64,000 bases of DNA. Source: Rhodosorus marinus CCMP1338. Lineage: Eukaryota; Plantae; Rhodophyta. Shown in pieces: positions 59,000 through 64,000 of this stretch. The position numbers and the translations under genes were made by a program. Below the pieces are notes generated by a model. That model made no database searches. It was given only the letters and a program-made list of their open reading frames with translations, and was not told the DNA's origin. The DNA is taken from contig JAMWBK010000010.1 of NCBI GenBank assembly GCA_029953675.1, forward strand, positions 496,001-560,000, given 5' to 3'. Positions within the stretch are counted from its first letter, which is position 1, and each line of letters starts with the position of its first letter.

Positions 59000-59944
59000 C
59001 CCTCCTTTCAAGTCCTCGGAGATACTGGAGAACTGCCCTGCCAACCAAGAGTTTGACTGTCTGTCACTCTTGCTTGCCCTAACCCAACTTGGACAAGAAC
59101 CAGTGTTAACAAAGCAATCCTTCAGCGTAGAATCTTAAGAGAATGTTGGTCAAGCGGATGGGCTGTTCACTTGCTCCCTTCCACCTGCAAGCATTGGCAG
59201 CCTGATGAAGTGAAAGCTTCGGTCGGAGACAGCTGCCTCATTGCTACAGGTTACACTGATCATTATTTTTTTTCTGTTCTCAACATAAAACGATTCAAGC
59301 CGCTTAACTTTCTAAACCGTCATTGTGAATGGTCTGAACTGGTGCATGAGTCCTCAAACAGCCTCCTTCAGGAAGTCCATTAGGTGGGAGCAGACTGACC
59401 GGCGCTCGTAGATGGTTCTTATGCTTTCATGGCTTTGCAATACACCAGCTCCAAAGTGGAGCGCCTCCAGATAGTTGCTAAACTGCTTCGTGGCAACCTC
59501 GTCGTCTATCGATGCTCACGAGTATGGTGCTGCTCACGGACGCCGTGTATTCATCGTGGACTGTCCATGGTGGAGAATGAAAGCCGCCTAGCTTACCACA
59601 GCGGTATTCTGCTACAATTTTTTTTTTTGAGGATAGGACTAACGACAGTAGCCGCTTGTACATGAGCACTGCCTTATCTAAATCAACACAGTGAGAGGAA
59701 TTCAATGCATTGTCTCGGAGTGCAGATCCCATTGAGTAAACTAGCAAATTGCGCTCTGCTCCAATACCCTAGTCAGAATCTGGATGAAGACGCGTTGGGT
59801 TTCCGTCAGAAAACCATCGTCGAACTCCTTTATCGAATTGATTTTCGCAATCGTTGATGTGACCGGTAGGCCGTGGCAGGACAGGTCTTGTGAGGATTGG
59901 TCTGAGGTTGCAATCTTCAGCGGCTTCCTCAGGTAGCGTTTCAC
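59000..59944 (-). CDS. Possible multi-exon hypothetical protein
   Basis: Protein-like fragments IAKINSIKEFDDGFLTETQRVFIQIL and QFSNYLEALHFGAGVLQSHESIRTIYER, each next to GT donors. The ends were not resolved. Confidence 0.3.
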
Positions 59945-60211
59945 AATGTCATGGACGCGGACAGGAAGTCAATTGTGACCATCTTCCCATTACTAGTCTT
60001 GAACTGAAGGCGTTGTAGCATTCGCGGAGTCCTCACTAAAGCTTGGGGATGTTGGGGCATGGACGGGGAAGCTTAACCTTAGTTCGGTGGTAGGGCTAGG
60101 GCTGTCTTGGAATTTAGTTTGCTGGTGAGAAGTGCGTATGAGGAGCTCGTCCAGGGGCCTCCAGTAGTTGTTTCAAAGGGTGTCTGGCAGGTTTTGCTGT
60201 TTTCGCTCAGA

Positions 60212-63200
60212 ATGTCGAACTCTGACGAGCTTTACTTGAGAGAATTCGAGAGCGATGATGATTTCGACGTGGACGACATGCCTGAGGACGGGGACGTTTC
60301 AGATCTGCAGTTTTTCAATATCGTTCACGATGAGGAGGAGGAAGAGTATGAGTATTCTGGGACTGGGGAGGAACCTCTACCTTCAGGAAGACTGAAGAGG
60401 CATCGCTCTGTTGACTGGTCTTCATCTGAGGGTCATAGAGTCTCCGCAAGCGCGGAGGGTGGTGTCGAGGAGAGTGACGATAGCACAGAAATACATCTGG
60501 CAATACAAGAGGAACTCGAACGAGAGAAAGCGATTCAACTGAGCAAAGCAGTAGATGATGGAAAGCTTGGTCCTCCTTCTCGGCAACGCAGTAGGACGTC
60601 CCTTGCAAAATCTTCTGCTGAGCGCTCGAGTTTTGCGGGCGTCGATAGCAGAAACGCGGACGTGCAATCGGTGGCGGAGAAAGCGCTGAGTGAGAATCGG
60701 AACCTCCAGTCCGTGCTGCGGGATCGAATGGAGTTCTTGCGCCAGAAGGTTGCTCGGGTCTCTTCATTTCTCGCAGCGCTGAGGGAATCTCAATTCCAGC
60801 TTCTACACAGCAGCAACCTCGAGAACTCGAGCACAAAGAAGGAGAGGGGAAATCACATCCTCGCCGCCTCAGGATTCTTCCCGTCCCAGCGATGGTATCT
60901 AAGGCCCTTCGGCACATCCTACTTTGCTCTTCCTCCACTGAAGAAAGATGGATGGAATGGTAGGCTGTACCGAGACCCTTGGAAACTATTAACCATCGGT
61001 TATCCGCGAGGACTGATTTCGAGCTCTATGACTCCGTGAAAAAAAAAACAGTTCGTACGCCGTGGACTTCGACGTCATCGCAAAAACCCAGCTCAGACCA
61101 GCAGCGTTTGGGTTCGAAACGGCGAAAATGGACGGTTAAAGAAAAGAGGGCCCTGGCGACGATGGTCGTCCAGGAAACGCGAAGGATACGCTGTCAGGAC
61201 GTTATGAGGAGAGCTCAGGCGGAATCTGAAACTTCCAACGCACTGTACGTACAGGAGGAGTTCAGCCGAATTCGGAACGCGTCCGCAGAGACTGTGGTGG
61301 AAGACGCCAGGGCTTGGGACCTCAAGATATGGAGATCTGCTCTTGATCATGCTCAGTTGCCTGAGCTCCAAGGTGGGATGCTTTTCGCGGGCACTCTCTG
61401 CCCTGGGAAAACTGCAGAATTGTTCTAACAAGAGGTTATATGTGTAGTTCGAACTCCAGCGGACTGTCGGTGCGTGTTCGTGAACCAAATCGCGCCATGG
61501 GTCAAGCGCGACTCGTGGACAGAAGACGAGGACGCTCAATTGCTTTCCCTGGTCAGAGCAAGCCCGACCCGACGATGGGTGAGTAATTATGCACGCACCC
61601 GTCTTCTGGATAACGCGATGTTTGACGCATCCTATTCTCCTGTCAAAGGTTTCCATTGCTAGCATGCTTGGCAATGGAAGGACTGCCCTTCAGTGTCTTC
61701 GTCGCACAAAGCAGCTGAGCGACGCAACTTCGGAACGGGCCGAGTGGTCCAAGAGTGACGACTTGAAACTCTCTGAAGCCGTAAAAAAGCACGTTGATGG
61801 GGATTGGCGGGGCATAAGCAACGCCATAGCCGGGAAAAGCCCGCAGCAATGCCTTTATCGGTGGACCCGAGTAGGCTTACTTCATTCATATTTGGTCCGT
61901 GGCATGGATTCGAGGCTTACTCAGTCTTGCCCCCGCCGCTCGTTCGATCAGGTTATCAACCCATCAATTCGCAAAGGTCGATGGACTGGAGAAGAAGACG
62001 CGCTTTTGCGGAGTGCAGTTTTAAAACGGAAGCCGGGGGAATGGTAAGCTCGTAAACCAATCCAGCCACGAAAACCAAGGACACCACGTTGATGCCGGAA
62101 CCTGCCCTCAAAAAACTCGAACAGGACTCGCATAGCACAAGACGTCCCCGGACGGTCTGATGTACAATGCAGAGAGAGATGGATGAACGTCCTCAGCCCT
62201 GACGTAAGAAAATCATCCTGGTCTGCCGAAGAGGAACAGCTGCTTATCACCGCAGTATCCAGGTAACTCCAGCACCCCCAACCTCCACCGCAACCATCCC
62301 AACAGATTTCCGTCTTCCCACCTTTCTCCCCCCATGTCCACCACTCATCCGTTAGACACCGCCCGTAACTACATCATCACCATCCCTCTGCTTCCTCTGC
62401 CATTACTATCGAACCAATCCAGTTTTTCCTCTTTTTTTTATCGAAATCAATTACAGGCATTGCACCGGTTTTACTTTTTCCGTTATTTTATCGTGGACTC
62501 AATATTCTTGAATTACCATATTTTCTATGACATTGATTTCTGAAACTTTTTTGGTAGCACTTCCGTATCTAATTTTTAGTAGTTTTTCAATTCACGCCAA
62601 AGCAGAAACGAAATAATTGTTGTTTTGATATATTTAAATAGGTTTTCAGGAGGACGCATATTTTTTGGCTTTTTCGGATGAGCGCTGGTTGTATTGAATC
62701 TTGTCCATTTCTCAGTCTTTTTGTTTTGTTTTGCTTTGTTTTTACGTTTTGAATCGGAATCTGGTTCACACTCTGGGGAAAGGAAACCGGTTTTGAGGAG
62801 AGCGAGGGAGTTAAGGGAATATGATTCTGTCTGTATTTTCGTTCTTTTGTTGATGGATTTCGGAGGATGTGTGTGTCTGTTTTTTTTTTTTGGGGGGGGT
62901 AGAAAGAGGTTGCCTGCATTTGTACTCTGGGAATGTAAATAGCTAAGAAGGGAATGGATCTGCGTTTGAAGGCTTGTGTTCTCCCGCGGTGCCGGGAAAG
63001 AGTTCCTTTCACAGTCGTTCGGTGGATTTTGAGTTCTCTTTACAGCTTCCTCGCGCGTTTGTTGTTTTTTCTCGCTTTTGCTTCACCAATGTCTCTTACA
63101 CGAGTGTGGTTTGTTCACAATTTTGCGCTTTGTCAAACAGGTATGGGGAGGGCAAATGGTCCCAGATCGCCGCGGCAGTGGGCCATGGTCGACGGCCGCA

Positions 63201-63402
63201 TCGATGTCGCTCACACTGGCAGAAGCATTTGAAACAGAAGCAGCATCCAGCGCTCACATCAGGTAATATATTCCGGGAACACCCCCGCCCACCGCCCCCC
63301 CAAAAACTCCCTCCGCATCTTGCCGATTCCACAACTACCCATACCCTACCGCTGTCTTTGAAATCCGTCCAAACCTCGCAACCTCCGTCTTCAAGCTCCT
63401 AA
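60212..63402 (+). CDS. SNAPC4: snRNA-activating protein complex subunit 4 (SNAP190-like multi-Myb protein)
   Basis: Acidic N-terminus, PFGTSYF, KWTVKEKRAL, and Myb repeats WTEDEDAQL..IASMLGNGRTALQCL, WSKSDDLKL..KSPQQCLYRW, KGRWTGEEDALL..VPGRSDVQCRERW and WSAEEEQLL..YGEGKWSQIA. Confidence 0.88.
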
Positions 63403-64000
63403 CTGGCCAGAATCTCATTTCAAGAACCCACCACACCAACTGAAATCACCATCTCCTTCGTTTTTTGTTTGTTTTTTTGGCAGCCCCCGAGTTCGCTCGG
63501 AATGATCCCCTTCCGGAGGACGCAACTGCACAGCGATCAAAAAAGAATGCCCTCTAGGTGGGAGAATCATTCGACACGTGTTAGTATTCCACTCGCAGAA
63601 CTTCCAGAGAACACATTTTCATTTGTTATCGGAAGGAAGCCTTGCTTCGATTTTTAGATTATTTTCTTGCATCCGTTTTACAGTATTTAATATTTATTAC
63701 AATTACAATTATCATGTGTCGTAAAACTGTTGTTTTTACCCTCCGGCATTATGGTCGTGACGGGACTGAAAAATATTCTAAATACTTACCGTTTACAGTG
63801 AAAGGAAAAAAAATCTCCAATCACTTGCTGTAAAATTTTTTGTATTCAAATATACGAAAAATTGATCACGGGGAAAAACAAACAAATCGAATAGGCATCT
63901 AAATTATACTTAAAATCAGAAATCCATAACATATGCAAATTCTGCCCAAAAAGGATGAAGTGGTCTGGGCAGTGGTTGTTCGGGGGGTTGGGTGGGGGGT

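Noticed and set aside
60960-61051. Poly-A run near overlapping frames in SNAPC4, suggesting a programmed frameshift
   Set aside because: A 92-bp phase-1 GT-AG intron removes the A-run and joins the frames.

Overview
Gene-dense eukaryotic nuclear DNA, probably from a red alga. That assignment is an inference from short GT-AG introns (mostly about 65-140 bp), plastid-transit-like N-termini starting M-x-[AG]-F-V, and a nuclear-encoded Mfd. Recognisable genes, in order: ASF1, an ESCRT-III VPS2-like subunit, an ER-type FKBP, an SLC25 carrier, aspartylglucosaminidase, an alpha/beta hydrolase, a head-to-head pair of 3-hydroxyacyl-CoA dehydrogenase paralogs, a plastid-targeted two-repeat protein, Mfd, an intronless CitE-family lyase, a BLTP2/FMP27/SABRE lipid-bridge protein, a TRUB2-like pseudouridine synthase, an intronless ATP sulfurylase, a HEATR5/Laa1-like protein, mitochondrial uS9 and SNAPC4. 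Several orphan genes are also present. The most unusual items are two apparent pseudo-enzymes (a TRUB2-like protein without the catalytic Asp and a degenerate HBD paralog), a 4-copy ~185-bp hairpin-forming repeat array between the HBD paralogs, a 4-copy bipartite motif array upstream of the TRUB2-like gene, a 19-bp tail-to-tail CDS overlap, and an 878-bp SNAPC4 intron with intergenic-like composition. Exon boundaries were inferred by eye. Family calls come from motifs recalled from memory, not from database searches. I recognised no tRNA, rRNA, CRISPR array or intact transposon.
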